Source: Paraspadella gotoi | Lineage: Eukaryota; Animalia; Chaetognatha | Length of the DNA stretch: 64,000 nt | NCBI GenBank assembly: GCA_051294375.1 | Contig: CM119264.1 | Location: forward strand, 6,609,238-6,673,237 | Reading direction: 5' to 3' | In this document: positions 39,241 to 53,890 of the stretch, piece after piece | Numbering within the stretch: the stretch's first letter is position 1 | How the letters are laid out: each line of letters starts with the position of its first letter | Notes under the pieces: model-generated | Databases searched by the model: none | Told to the model about the DNA's origin: nothing | The model's input: the letters and a program-made list of their open reading frames with translations, nothing else | Program-made: the position numbers and the translations under genes

Positions 39241-39519
39241 GAGGGAGAGGGAGTTTAAAAATAACCTATAATGTTGCCAGATTTTCAAATAGAAAGAAAT
39301 TCAAAGATAGGTTTGATTCCGTTAATAATACTTTTTATTTTCAAATATTCTCCTAAATATTAGTTGAACATCAAATTCTGAAGATGGATTGATTGACGGT
39401 TTATATGATTGGTTCGTAAATTTTTTTGATAAATTGTTGTTGAAGTTGATAATTGAATTATTTTCGTCTCCGCGAATCATTAATGTGGCAATTTTTATAC
39501 ACGACATAACGAGGCACTT

Positions 39520-39550
<31 letters not shown>

Positions 39551-39933
39551 CCAATTTCAAACTCAATTTAAAAAAAAAATCAACATTTGTAGCCTCATTT
39601 TTTCCCCTCTTCCTGAAATGAGAAAAACTTAACAAACTCTCCGCCTTAATTTATAAATTAAACTACATTGAAAAAAAAAAATTTCCCCCTGGGATTCGGC
39701 ACAATAGTAGGGAATTCGGGGGGAAATATAAGAAGCAGAGGCGATTAATATTCAAGGCGGTCGGAGCGTAGAGACAGCCGAAGATTGATCATTTGTTAGT
39801 TGGTTCCAGCGGCGGCCGGAAGGTGCGAGGCGGAGGGAGGGCGGTGGCGGTGGCAGCGATGGCGGCGCAGGCGGTGAATGAGAGCGTCGCGCCGGTGGGG
39901 GAGAACCATCCTCATTTGGGAATGACGAAGACT

Positions 39934-39968
<35 letters not shown>

Positions 39969-40323
39969 GACTGTTGCCTTGTTGGAGGAATTTGAATAAT
40001 TGATGTTGGGGAGAAATTCATCCGCCGACAGAGATTGAAATGTTATCGACGCGCAGGGGATGAGAATATGACGACGACGACGACGACGACGACGACCAAA
40101 ACGAGGTTCGCTTAAGAAACTACGAAGACGTTGACGACAACGAAGTCAAAAACCAGGATGACTACGACCACAACGACGATTGCGATGTTTACGAAGAAGA
40201 TGTGTCGAAAACGCCTGGTGTACTATGGTGAATTTCTCCGACATCATTGTCAGAGTTACTTGTTTTCGTTCTCCTGGTAAGGCCACGTTGACTCGTGACC
40301 CTTTTCTTCACGTATATATAAAT

Positions 40324-40444
<121 letters not shown>

Positions 40445-41680
40445 ATGAAACGAAGTAAGTCATAAAAGGAGAAAAAGAAAAATCGTGAGAATGACAAAAA
40501 AACTAATTGAGAAGGCCATAATCGAATTTCGCCGAATCATCGTCATTCGCGACCCCTTCCATATCCTCCTCTCTTCTTCCCCCGCCTCCTTCCACAACCC
40601 ACCCCATAAAAAAAAAGAGAAAAGTCAGCCACGTTCGCTTTAAGCTTAATCAACTGTACATCATCGATTGATCATCGGGCGGCGACGACACATGTCGCGG
40701 TTAAAGCGACCGGAGAACGACCGGCGCTAATCGCTCCACCCATTAGGGTTAAAAACTTGTCCAGACTCGCGCGCGAGCGCGAAAAAGATAGGGTAGGCGG
40801 GGGTCGAGGGGATAAGGACGGACGGGGGGGGGGCGGGTTTGAGAGTTCAATTGGTTGAGAAGAAAGTTAGGAGATGACAAAAGAAGGAAAACAAGAACCG
40901 GCAAGTACAAAGTGTTGCGCCGCAGTAACTTTTTTTTAGTTCTTGACTCAACAGTTGATCACATGACTATGCAAGTATGCAAAATATGCATATTATTCAT
41001 CTCGTGGTACATAACCTTATTACCAAGTGTTTATCAAAATGATTAAACATTATCTCAGCTATGAGCATTTGAAACAGACTGACAAAAAAAAATAGATAAA
41101 GACCGACTGACCGACAGACTGACCAACGACTGTCCGAAAAGTGACCAACAGAGAGATGGTCCGCGAGAATTCACGGCGTAAGTTAAAGGAGAGAGGGAGG
41201 GAGAGGGAGAGAGATGAAGAGGGGAGAAAAGATCGTGAAGAAGAGAAGGGAGAAAGAAGAGGTACAGGGTTGAAGAAGAAGCAAAGAAGTAGAATGTTTG
41301 GGGTTTATTTAAGGGAGAGACTAAGAGGAAAAAGAAAGAAATGAGGAAGAAATTATTTGAAGATAATGGCGATTATGTACAGAGGGTGTTAAGGGATGAG
41401 CGTGTCGAAAAACATCGCCCATGGAGAAGGAAACATTAAAACCGTCTGTTTTCGTAGTTTGGCAGGGAGTGCTTTAGTGGGCGTGGCTTAATAATAACCA
41501 TGGGCTCATGAAATATAAGCCACGAGTTATGTAAAATTACCAGGAATATATTTCAGTAATGTTTAATTTGTTTGAAAAAAAAATCACTTAAGGTAATCAT
41601 ACTACCTTTAAGAGAATAGTAATAAGTGAATATTAAATACGTAGTAATAAAATTAGAACAACCAATAAAAATTATCCTTT

Positions 41681-42115
41681 TATTGAATAAAAGAGGCTAT
41701 CGAGATCCTGACTTTGAGTTAAGGCCTCCATCCCTCTTACAAGATAATAATTATTTTTAGAGCGATATTTTGGACTCTGACGGTATACAGTTTTTCACGT
41801 AGCGGGCTAATGCACAATTGCAAATTGACGGTTAAAGTAAAGGGAATTATCAAGTGTGAACATCGGTCAGTGGCGTCAAGAGGTTGATGGTCGAAAAGAC
41901 AAGTAGGAAGTAAAGCGGCTTCTTGGTCCGGATGGAGTTGAGACCAGAAGTAATATGGATTCAGCTTGAGCGAAGAAGAGAGACGAAGACGTCGGAGCAA
42001 AAAATGCGGGTTTTGCCCGAGTTTCGAGGCGAAGCAAAAGTTCGAAGATATTCCAAGCGAATTGATGGGATAGAGGCTTCGGTAAGCTGGTGAGAGATAG
42101 GCGGGAGACCAGGGG
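41681..42115 (-). mobile_element. 3' end relic of an unclassified element (copy 2; ~125 open codons)
   Basis: Reads WSQLHPDQEAALLPT..CISPLREKLYTVRVQNIALKIIIIL* (stop 41737-39), followed by gagggatggaggccttaa..caaagtcagg..gatagc. Confidence 0.55.
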
Positions 42116-42189
<74 letters not shown>

Positions 42190-42271
42190 AGAGAGATCGT
42201 AAGCTAATCTATGTAGTAGTACAAGGGAGAAAGGAGGGAGGCAAGAGAGAGAGAGAGAAGAGAGAGAGAAG

Positions 42272-42322
<51 letters not shown>

Positions 42323-45300
42323 CGGGAGCTTAAAGCGATCAAGAGGCTCCGACTCGATTGATTGATTGGAAATCCTTTCGACTCGAGATTTTGTATACAT
42401 TGTTACGACGCGACTCGTTTTCGCGTTGGATTTTCAAGGGCGAAAATTTGATTGGCGCTGCGTTTTAGAACGAGGGTCGCAACTGGTTCAAATGGGCGGG
42501 GAGAGAAAGGGGGAGAGTGGGAAAGGCGTTCGGGGAGGGGGGAAAGAAAAGGGGAATGGGATTCGGAATGAAGAGGGCTACACCGATTGGAGCGAATCAC
42601 GAGAGATTCGGGATTTGAACGAGGAAAGAAGAAATATATGCAGTTGGGGTTTGATTGATTTATCTCTTGCATGAATGGAATCAAAAAAAAAATGTTTTTC
42701 GCTAAATTGTTTTGTCCTAACGGTAGAAAAAAAACCATTAACACTATAAATATTGAAGGAAAAATTGATTTTAAGAGTTGGATTAAATCAATTAGAAAGA
42801 TAAAACGAGCCATATAGTTACGTCGCCAGATGCGTAAATACCAATTTTATTACGACGTGAGGTGAACATTATGTTATATGTTAAATATAAGTGTCACTAT
42901 CGCCGACAAAAATCATTATTCATTACTATTACTTTTCAAAATCATCTTTTGAGGTTATTGCGGGTTTAAGGAGAAGCTAAGGAGAGTTAAGGAGGAATAG
43001 AAAATGTTTAGAAGTTGGTAGAAGGATGGAATAAGATGGAGAAGAGAATAATGAAGAAAATCGAAAGAAAATGAGTTAAAAATAAAACATAAAAAAATAT
43101 TATACTACAAATTACCAAAGTTTAAAGATGAACGATGAAGCGATAATATTAAGCAGAGCGAGTTTTTTTCCATCTCCGTTTCGAGTTTCGACCCTCATGG
43201 TCACGTGACCCCAACCACCAATAAAACTGTTTGGACAGAAATTCTCGGTTTTTATTCACCGGGCGTGCGCTTGCTCTNNNNNNNNNNNNNNNNNNNNNNN
43301 NNNNNNNNNNNNNNNNNNNNNNNNNNNNNNNNNNNNNNNNNNNNNNNNNNNNNNNNNNNNNNNNNNNNNNNNNNNNNNNNNNNNNNNNNNNNNNNNNNNN
43401 NNNNNNNNNNNNNNNNNNNNNNNNNNNNNNNNNNNNNNNNNNNNNNNNNNNNNNNNNNNNNAAAAAAATCAAGGCGGCGTTTTTCAATCATCTTCTCCTT
43501 TTGGTGGCGCAGCGAGCGCGAGGCTCGGGAAGAAAATCCGAACAAAAGATCCGGAAGAAAAAGGAAAATAGAAAAAAAANNNNNNNNNNNNNNNNNNNNN
43601 NNNNNNNNNNNNNNNNNNNNNNNNNNNNNNNNNNNNNNNNNNNNNNNNNNNNNNNNNNNNNNNNNNNNNNNNNNNNNNNNNNNNNNNNNNNNNNNNNNNN
43701 NNNNNNNNNNNNNNNNNNNNNNNNNNNNNNNNNNNNNNNNNNNNNNNNNNNNNNNNNNNNNNNNNNNNNNNNNNNNNNNNNNNNNNNNNNNNNNNNNNNN
43801 NNNNNNNNNNNNNNNNNNNNNNNNNNNNNNNNNNNNNNNNNNNNNNNNNNNNNNNNNNNNNNNNNNNNNNNNNNNNNNNNNNNNNNNNNNNNNNNNNNNN
43901 NNNNNNNNNNNNNNNNNNNNNNAGAGAGAGAGAGATCGCGGGGAGCTTCTGGATTTGAATTATGATCTCCTCTGGGCCAAGGATCCCAAATGCAAATTAT
44001 CTTTCTATTATGCCGTTCACGAACAAAACCGCTCCGGGAACGAGGGTTCGGGGCTCAGAGCTAAAAAAAAAAGTAAGCATCTTAGAATCGGAGTGAGCGA
44101 AATGAGTAGCGGGAAAAAGAGAGGAGCAAAAATGAGGAGCTAGAAAGAAAAAGAGAGGAGCCAAATGAAAAAAAAGAGAAGGGAAGTAAGTTTTTTAAAA
44201 GGGATGAGAGGTTCGTAAAAAAATACGAGAAAGAAGTAATGAAGATGAAAAAAGCGAGCGTGAATAAGAGATAGAATTTCTGACGAAAAACTGAATGAGA
44301 TGAGGAAAAACAAAAGGGAAAAAAAATTAGTGTAAACAGAGAAAGAGGAAAACAAAAAGCGAAAAGGAAAGGAAGGAAGGTAAGAATGAAGGAAAGAAAG
44401 AATGATGGAAGGAAGGGAGAAAGAANNNNNNNNNNNNNNNNNNNNNNNNNNNNNNNNNNNNNNNNNNNNNNNNNNNNNNNNNNNNNNNNNNNNNNNNNNN
44501 NNNNNNNNNNNNNNNNNNNNNNNNNNNNNNNNNNNNNNNNNNNNNNNNNNNNNNNNNNNNNNNNNNNNNNNNNNNNNNNNNNNNNNNNNNNNNNNNNNNN
44601 NNNNNNNNNNNNNNNNNNAGGAAGGAAGGAATGAAGGAAGGAAGGAAGGAAGGAAAGAAAGAAAGAAAATGGGAGCATAGAGAGAAGAACGAAAGGAGAA
44701 GAGAATGAAAAACGAAGGGAAGGGATGAACGAACTGCGTTCGACAAAATTAATGAAAACGCAATTTTCGAAAGCTTCGGGCGAGAAACTCGCATGAGTCC
44801 GGAACTGTTTAATCAGGAATGACGAGTCGACAGACAAAACCAATTTAACTCGGTTAAAATAAATTAAAACGAAAACACTCAATGTTTGTTTTTATATTTT
44901 TGTGAGCTCATCTTTTTTTCTCCGTCAGAAACTAAGCCTCTTTCGTTGTTTCGGTACCGAAATTTTAATCTACTCTTTAACAAACAAACAAAATGTTTAA
45001 CAAACAAGCTTAATCGACTTGGTAAGATTCTTTTAGGTTACAACCGAATGAATTATGACGAAAACTCCATCAGTTCACTAACGATTCCACTCGGACCCAT
45101 TTGCTTTTTTTCGTTTCACCGACTCCAGCGCTCAAATTCGGTGCCTCTCATTCATTCACCCCGCAATTTCCTTTCATTTCAGTGAAGCGCGCGCAGAAAC
45201 AAACTGTTCCAACTCTCCATTTTCGTTCACAAAGGCCGGAGCCGTAATTCACGCTGCCGGTGATTTTCTCTCCTGTCATTTTCCATCACTTCAAAAAAAA

Positions 45301-47415
45301 AAAAAANNNNNNNNNNNNNNNNNNNNNNNNNNNNNNNNNNNNNNNNNNNNNNNNNNNNNNNNNNNNNNNNNNNNNNNNNNNNNNNNNNNNNNNNNNNNNN
45401 NNNNNNNNNNNNNNNNNNNNNNNNNNNNNNNNNNNNNNNNNNNNNNNNNNNNNNNNNNNNNNNNNNNNNNNNNNNNNNNNNNNNNNNNNNNNNNNNNNNN
45501 NNNNNNNNNNNNNNNNNNNNNNNNNNNNNNNNNNNNNNNNNNNNNNNNNNNNNNNNNNNNNNNNNNNNNNNNNNNNNNNNNNNNNNNNNNNNNNNNNNNN
45601 NNNNNNNNNNNNNNNNNNNNNNNNNNNNNNNNNNNNNNNNNNNNNNNNNNNNNNNNNNNNNNNNNNNNNNNNNNNNNNNNNNNNNNNNNNNNNNNNNNNN
45701 NNNNNNNNNNNNNNNNNNNNNNNNNNNNNNNNNNNNNNNNNNNNNNNNNNNNNNNNNNNNNNNNNNNNNNNNNNNNNNNNNNNNNNNNNNNNNNNNNNNN
45801 NNNNNNNNNNCATACAGTCAAATAGACAGACTGGCTAAAAGGACAGACAGTCAGAGATAAAGAGAGACCGTTTTACAGACAGTCAGACAAATAGACAGAC
45901 AGACAGACAGATAGACAGACAGACAGATAGACAGCCAGACGGACGGATAGAACCTTGGAAAAACAGGGGCATGAAAATGAAAGGAGGGAAAAAAGTTTTA
46001 CGGAGAAGAAAAGGAAAAGGAGGAAGAATAAAAAACCCTTTTATTTTCCTCATTTCTCTTTTTCGTCTTCTTCACGAGTCGGAAAAAAAAAACTAGACTT
46101 GAAAACTACTTATTTGTATATGTGGGTAAGAAATCTCACAAGAAATATCACTCTCTAACTGGTCGTGAACGGTTTTATGATGGAAGGATTTTCAAAACTT
46201 TGACTTATTTGCGAAGAATTTGGATTTAGACATCAGCAAAATTTAATTCATTCTGTGTCAATATGAGTCAAACCTGAATTCGTAGAATTGGAGATTGTGG
46301 GCTTTATGGACACCGAAAATTCGATACTTCGGCTCTAAAGGCAAGAAGGCAGAGATTAAAAATATCAGTCCGCAGATCTTAAAGGTAAGTGGGACAAGTT
46401 TAACGTTGTAAATGTGGAAATTAAGCTTCTATGGTAACAGCTCCATTGGGATGGGGCATCTCACTGTTGTTGGCTTTGGGCGCTTCCGACCATAAGTGAC
46501 GCCTCCTGTCACTGGTGCGGATACCCTAGGACGGTCTCGCTTTTCTAACGCAGAGGGAAGTCGTGAGGACTGTGGATGGAACGTTGGATGGTGCGTTCCT
46601 CCTCTGAGCCAACGGGATTGGCTGAACGGTGACGGATGTGAGGCGGTGTGAATATACCGCCACCCTTCACTCTTTGCCTCACGTAGACCAGAACAACCAT
46701 TTTTATTTTATCCCAGGATTTTTTTTCCGTTCGATTCTCAAAAATGGCGAAAAAAGGGGTCGCCGTTTTTTCGACGGGGTTGACGCCGCCGCTGATGTTG
46801 CCGACGTTGCCGACACTAGCGACGCCGCCAACACCGCCGAAACCGGCGCCGCCTTGTCCGCAAAGATAAATAAAAGAACAAAGGAACAAAAATCGTAAAT
46901 CTTTTGAGAGAATCAAAGCGAATCGAGGTCGAAAAAAACTCGCAAATCTTTGCCCCTCGATTCTTCATGCTGGGGATAAAAAAGAAANNNNNNNNNNNNN
47001 NNNNNNNNNNNNNNNNNNNNNNNNNNNNNNNNNNNNNNNNNNNNNNNNNNNNNNNNNNNNNNNNNNNNNNNNNNNNNNNNNNNNNNNNNNNNNNNNNCAA
47101 CCTCCTTCTGCAAATCGCGGTTTTTATTTTGACGTTTTTGTTCAATCGAAAGAAACTTTGAGAATTTAATTTGTTTCAGTCCTGAGAAACCACAACAAAA
47201 CAATATCGGACTTGGATTGCAAAAAAAAAATGGTTTCGTCGTTCATGTCGTCGTCGTTGCCATCATCATCGACGTTATAATCATCATCTTTCATCGTCAT
47301 TTATCACAATCATTTTGCAGTTTTTTTATTGAAAGCTCACACAACCGACTCGGATACGAGGAACGTCGCCTTTGACGTCGATGTCGCCGTCGTCGTCATT
47401 GTTATCGCAGTTGAT

Positions 47416-47456
<41 letters not shown>

Positions 47457-50284
47457 TTGTATCAGCTACCACGTCATTCGCAATCCAAGTTTCATTTTCT
47501 TCGGAAAATGAAAAGGGAAACTTGGCTCGACTTTCTTTCCCCCTNNNNNNNNNNNNNNNNNNNNNNNNNNNNNNNNNNNNNNNNNNNNNNNNNNNNNNNN
47601 NNNNNNNNNNNNNNNNNNNNNNNNNNNNNNNNNNNNNNNNNNNNNNNNNNNNNNNNNNNNNNNNNNNNNNNNNNNNNNNNNNNNNNNNNNNNNNNNNNNN
47701 CCATCTCCCTCCACTCCATCTCTCTCCAGCTTCTGTTTTTCCCTTTCTCCCGTTGCCCTTTGAGGATTTAAAATGCATGAAATTTTGACGCGTTTTGAAA
47801 TTAAGATTTTTTTTTCTTTACGCAAGAAAAGCGGAGGAGACGTTCAGCCCCCTGGAATCAAAATAAAAAGACAAAAACAAAAGGGACAATAAAACTGGAA
47901 GTAAAAACGACGACGATGACGAAGACGACCGTCACATTTTCAAGTCAAGTCAACATCTACAGACGAACATGACCGAGGGGCAAAAGTCTTAAACAAAAAC
48001 AAGGACATAAAAAACAACCGCATTGATAAACAAAAACGCTTGGGGGAGAGAGAAAGAACAATCCTAAAAACAAAGAAGATAGAAAGTCAGAAATCACCCG
48101 AAACAACTCGAAATAACTAAAAAAAATAACGGGTAGGAAAAAAAATTGCCCAAAAAACAACTTCTCGTGATAAAAGATAAACTCGCTGAAAAGAAACCGC
48201 GAGGAGGAATCTAACTCCCCAGAAAATGAATTGACAACAAGTGAAGCAGATTTTGGACGGAATTAACGAGATGGGCTGCCGGATATCGCTTCGGGACCGC
48301 GGAAAGTAAACTAATGAGAGAGAGGACTGAGAGAGAGAGAGATGAGAAGAGAGAGAGAGAGAGGAGAGAGAAGAGAGAGAGAGAGTCTGAGAGAGAGGAA
48401 GGGAGATAAAGAGACAGGAAAAGGAAAGCATTGTAATGGGGAGAGAGTTGGGACCGAAGAAAGAAAGAGAAAGAGACGATGATGAGGAAAGAGAGGAAAG
48501 GGACTGAGGAGAGCGNNNNNNNNNNNNNNNNNNNNNNNNNNNNNNNNNNNNNNNNNNNNNNNNNNNNNNNNNNNNNNNNNNNNNNNNNNNNNNNNNNNNN
48601 NNNNNNNNNNNNNNNNNNNNNNNNNNNNNNNNNNNNNNNNNNNNNNNNNNNNNNNNNNNNNNNNNNNAAAAAAAAAAAGAATAATCGCGTTCACTCGTCT
48701 GCTTTTTATTCCTTTTCCGATTTCCATTGAATTCGATATGCATTAATCTTAACCTACCCTTTAAACACCATCGTATACAATGCAAATTGCAAATCTTCGT
48801 GAGTTTTTTTCTAAAAAGCACTCCTCTCATTAATTTCTTTCTTCATTCCGTTATTCATAAATTCCAATATATTTGTTCGTTTGTTCCACTTTAAAAATCG
48901 GTCTCTTCATTCTCCACACGTGTCTATTCATCTCCAAGCCACTCATCCACCATCTCTACCCACCCATCTCTCCCCCACCACCCATCATATTCTCCACCCA
49001 CCCATCTCTCCCTCCCCCCCACCCACACCGCCGGAGAGATGAGCGGCGTCAAGACTTCCCGTCTCATCGGTGGCGCTGGAATCGACGTGGGATCGAGGCC
49101 CGTAAATCCAATTAAGGGCGTCGGCGGCGGCGTGATCCGTGATTCAATAGGCTTTGATTCCCCAGACATTACGTCCCGCCTTCTCTCATTAGTCATTCGC
49201 TCTAAACTCGCCTCTCGATTCATTTCGCCTTTCGCGAGGTTCCTCCTCGTTCATTACAGAATCGTCGACTGCGTGGGATCACGTTATTACAGTTGGTTTT
49301 GATTCATTCTCATTAAATTTAGTTTATGTTTATTTATTTGTACGGAGTTAGTTTTTTTTTCTTTCTTTATTTTTTGTTCGTCTTACAAAATTTATTTATT
49401 TATCAGCTACAATTTTGGTTAGATTTTTTACATACAAATTTAAGTTTTATTTATTTTTGTCATTCTTTTTAATCTATTTTTCTATTTCTTTTAGCATTAG
49501 AGGTTTCTTTCCGTTCGAATCTTCCTTCATCGTCCTTAGATTATTAAACATTAGCAAACAAAGAATATACAAACATGTTGGATTGGAATTGAAATTTAAA
49601 ATTAGAAACACACCGACTTACTGTCGGACCAAATAGGCTAACTCTGTAAGTGACAACAACTAATCGAGACAAAGAAAAAAAACCCCAAAAAAGACCCAAC
49701 TTCGCCTTTGGAGCTAAAAAGAAGAAGAAGAAGAAAATCTAGGAAATAGTTCGGTTTCCGCCAAAAGAGATAAAGGGTCCTCGACTAAAGAGCTCGAAGC
49801 GCTTCAACTCCCGCCGGTACCCGCGCCTCTCAATCTAATTACGACCAGGAAAAAAAAAGGATTGCCGGGTTAAAAGGTTGCAAAGAAAGACAAGAGGGAT
49901 AGACGGATAGACAGACTGGCAAAGAGAGACAAGAAACAACAAGCAGACAGACAAACAGACTAAACAAAAAAAAAACATACTGAAAATATAATTAAGAATA
50001 TACGTAGATACCTTGAAAAAAAAATACGGTAGACGAGAAAAGAAAGATGGAGAGAACAATCAGGACACATAGAGAGGAAATATGAAGCCTAATCCAGTAT
50101 GACCCTAATATACATGAAAAAAACAAAAGAACAGACGTCAGAAAGGAAGGAAAACAAAAGAGCTCGTCCAAAAATACTGCGCGTTCGAGGTTAAATCAAT
50201 ACAAGTCGGTTTTTTGCCGTTTTCTGGCGCGGACAGAGGGAGCTTCCCCTAATAATTCATCATCAGCGTCGAAAACAAAAAAGA

Positions 50285-50406
<122 letters not shown>

Positions 50407-50946
50407 AGAGCCAGATTAAATGTAAGTGGAAATAGGAGATAAATATCAGTAGGGATGGGATTAGGGCGACTTACTCTGAGATGGATAAAAGGAATCTGGG
50501 GAAGGTTCGTTTCTCAAAATCCTTCGTGTTAACCGCGAGATTTTTGGTTTATTTATATTATTAATTTATCATTATGTTTTTGTTATTATTGAAAAATTAT
50601 AATTGTTAATAAATCAATATCTAAGAATATTTTCGTGAGTGAATAAATTTGCGTTAGTCAAAAGACTATCGCTAAATTAGCAACATGATTAGTAAGTCTA
50701 AGTATGACCATTTGTTGACAAATGACAATCATCGATTTAACAGTTTCTTTTTTTCAATCGCCTTTCGATTCTTCCATCAACTCGACCAATCAACGACCAA
50801 TCAACGACCAATCAAAGTCTAAAATGCTAACCACGGGTCGCGACGAATTCAGCGCCTGCGACCCGGCCGAGACTGGGGGGTCAAAACCTCGAGGCGCGCG
50901 CCATCAAAATGGACAACCTAATTAATCAGAGCCGAAAGCGAGGGAC

Positions 50947-51041
<95 letters not shown>

Positions 51042-51252
51042 AGAGAGCGAAACTTTTGAAAATTCCGGCGAGTGTTCGAGGTTAAAGGGGGGGTAGAGCA
51101 AATGGGGGCTGGGGATGGAGATGTCGGATGAGGATGGGGGCAAGAGTAAGCAAAGGATTGGGATGTGGTCGAGGAGGAGCTGCGGCGAAACCTTGGAGGG
51201 CAAGGGCGGAGAAAGAAGATCGGAAAAGAGGAGTATTCGATGAGCATATTAA

Positions 51253-51352
<100 letters not shown>

Positions 51353-52865
51353 GGCGATGGGATCCGCTTCTCGTTCCGCTTTTTGTCTGAGTCCTGACTG
51401 ATTCGCTTTCTTTTCCTGTTCATGTTTTTTTTTTCCTTGTGCCCTGATTGATTGTGAATCGGTTGTGCTTCACTTTATCCCAGTGAAATGTTCGTTTGTC
51501 CCTTTTAGGAATCCCGTTTTTTTCTTATTATTATACTTCTGTGTTTTAAGAACTGTTTTTTGTCGAGTTTAGCAATTAGCACCTTAAAATGTACTGTATT
51601 TATATATTTCTATTTCCATACATAACAAATAAAAGTCAACGCTTCTTTGAAAGTTCTCAAAGTACTCGCACCTTTCCTTTTTAATACCCCTTCCTTCCCC
51701 AGTATTTCGACGAAAATTCCTCTTTTTCTTTCTCTTTATTTTTAAAAAGTGAATACGAATAATTCTAAATTTCTTCTCTTAATTAAAAATACTGCTAATC
51801 TTTTTTTTTAAGATTTATTGTTTTTATCAGAGATGTGGAAGCGATCGATTTTTCTTCTTTCCGGTGATATCCGCATGCTACCGGCGATATCGCGGGCTCA
51901 CCTATCCCGCTCGTATTCCAAACCGCCTCCAAAACTCCACTGCTCCCTTTTCGGGTGCAATCCTTACTTTTTTAGCCCGGATCGCTTTCGGTTTCGAAGT
52001 GCACATCGCTTCCTTCTTTTTAGAAATTTATATTTGTTATTATTTATAAAAATACTCTCTTATAGACATGTAATTCATTGGTAGAATAATTTTAAACAAT
52101 CTTTTTGTTAATAAATAACAAGTGAAATTTTACTATGAAAAATTGTTAAGATTTAGATAATTGTTCGTAGTCGGGAAATGAGTTTAATGAAAAAAAAAAC
52201 AAACCTTTTTCCCTATTTGCGCTTTTCTTTTTTATTAAATATAAATACAAGCTGCATTAATTATTCAATTGATCATAATTAATAATCAATCAATCAATCA
52301 AAAAACAACTAATCAATCAAAATCACTTAAAATTAATGAATCAATTTTTATCAATCAATAAATTAAATAAACAATTAATTTATCAATCAACTAATTAATA
52401 AATTTATTATCAATAAATTATTAAAAGAACTAATTAATTAATTAATTAATCAATCAATTAATCAATCAAATTAAACAATGTCAGTGTTATCATTGTCATC
52501 TCCAACGTCGTTGTTGCTTTTGTCCTGGTCAGTGACCTGACAAAAAGACCTAAAATTAACAGGCCTGATATGAATTTATTTTATTTGATCAATCAATCAT
52601 TCAATTAATCATGATGGTGCTATCCTCGTTGTCATCATAATCATCATCAGGGTCGTCATTTCTTTTGTCATAATGAAAAGACAAAAAAACAAACAAGTTT
52701 GAGCTAACAATGCCAGAAACTGATCAATTAATTAATTATTCAATCAATTAATCAAATATTCAATCAATCAATCAAAAAATTAAGCAATCAATCAATTTGT
52801 CATCGTCGGTATTATCATTGTCGTGGTTGCCATCATTAATTATTTAATTAATTAAACTCCTTATC

Positions 52866-53218
52866 TTTGTTGTACATTGCAAAACTTTATCTTTATTTAT
52901 CCTTGTTGTTTTGTTTCTCTCTCACTCTCTCCTCTCTCTTTAACAAGTTTCACTTCTTTTCACAACTCACTCAATCTGGCCTTACCTTCAACCTGTCCTC
53001 TCATCTGACCACTATTCTGTCTCACCACTTTTTTGGGAAAACTTTTACCTTTTCTCTTTCTTTCTCTCTCTCTCTCTCTCTCTCTCCACACTCTTCTTTT
53101 ACACAAATTTATTATTGAATGTCATATGCTGATGAAGGCTTGAAGTAAACAAGCCGAAACATGTCCAACTATTAATTAAAAATCGTTGTTACAAATTCAA
53201 AATTCTTTGCTTTCTCTA
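52866..53218 (+). mobile_element. Solo diverged copy (E) of the hammerhead-bearing unit
   Basis: Colinear with 31151-31474: ttgttgtacatt...cttttcacaactcactcaatctg...tcatctgaccactattct...hammerhead...ctttgctttctcta. Confidence 0.8.
53120..53172 (+). ncRNA. Minimal type I hammerhead ribozyme (diverged copy E)
   Basis: CTGATGA 53129-35, A, helix II GGCTTG(53137-42)/CAAGCC(53150-55), GAAAC 53156-60, ATGTC 53161-65. Proximal helix I is only TG/CA. Confidence 0.8.
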
Positions 53219-53611
53219 AATTAATTAATTGAAATATTTTTATAATGTTGCGGTGACTCAAAACAAAAATTTATAAGAAAATTTGAGGCGTGTTTTTTGT
53301 GATAAAGAAAACCTGGTATTATCAAAAACAGTAAAAAAGTAAAATTGATAAAAATAATAACAACAACAACTAGTATTTACATTGCTGAGAAAAAGGTCAG
53401 CCATAACAAGATTGGGTAAAAACAGGTCATTCTTATTGACCACTACTGTACTACGGCTCACAAAGTACAAAGACTTTGTCGTCGTTTTCGTCATTGTATT
53501 CATCGTCGTTGTCGTCTTTGTTCAAATCATTTGAGCTCCCAAATGTTCGATGTATTATTTTAATTAATTAATATGAAATTGGTACAACCAATATAAAATT
53601 TATCCATTCAT

Positions 53612-53890
53612 TTAATAAATAAGCTATCTTGCCCCTGACTTTGGACAGGCTTTGGTGGTTTAAGGCCTCCATCACTCTTACAAGATAATGACATAGCAGG
53701 TCCTGCAAGCTTTCAATCAAGACTCTCTCACAGACTCGTTTATTCACTCCCAGAGTACCTGGCTTCCCTATCAATGAAGTGGAAAATATTTCAAAGAATG
53801 TTTCAATTGTATGAAAAGACCACTCCCTTAAGTATTAGATCGGGGAATACTTATTGTACTCCGCACTAGCATCAAAATACAAGGAGCTGA
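53612..53890 (-). mobile_element. 3' end relic of an unclassified element (copy 3)
   Basis: The minus strand ttatcttgtaagagtgatggaggccttaaaccaccaaagcctgtccaaagtcaggggcaagatagcttattt bridges the tails of copies 1 and 2. About 200 bp of degenerate coding-like sequence lies upstream. Confidence 0.5.
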
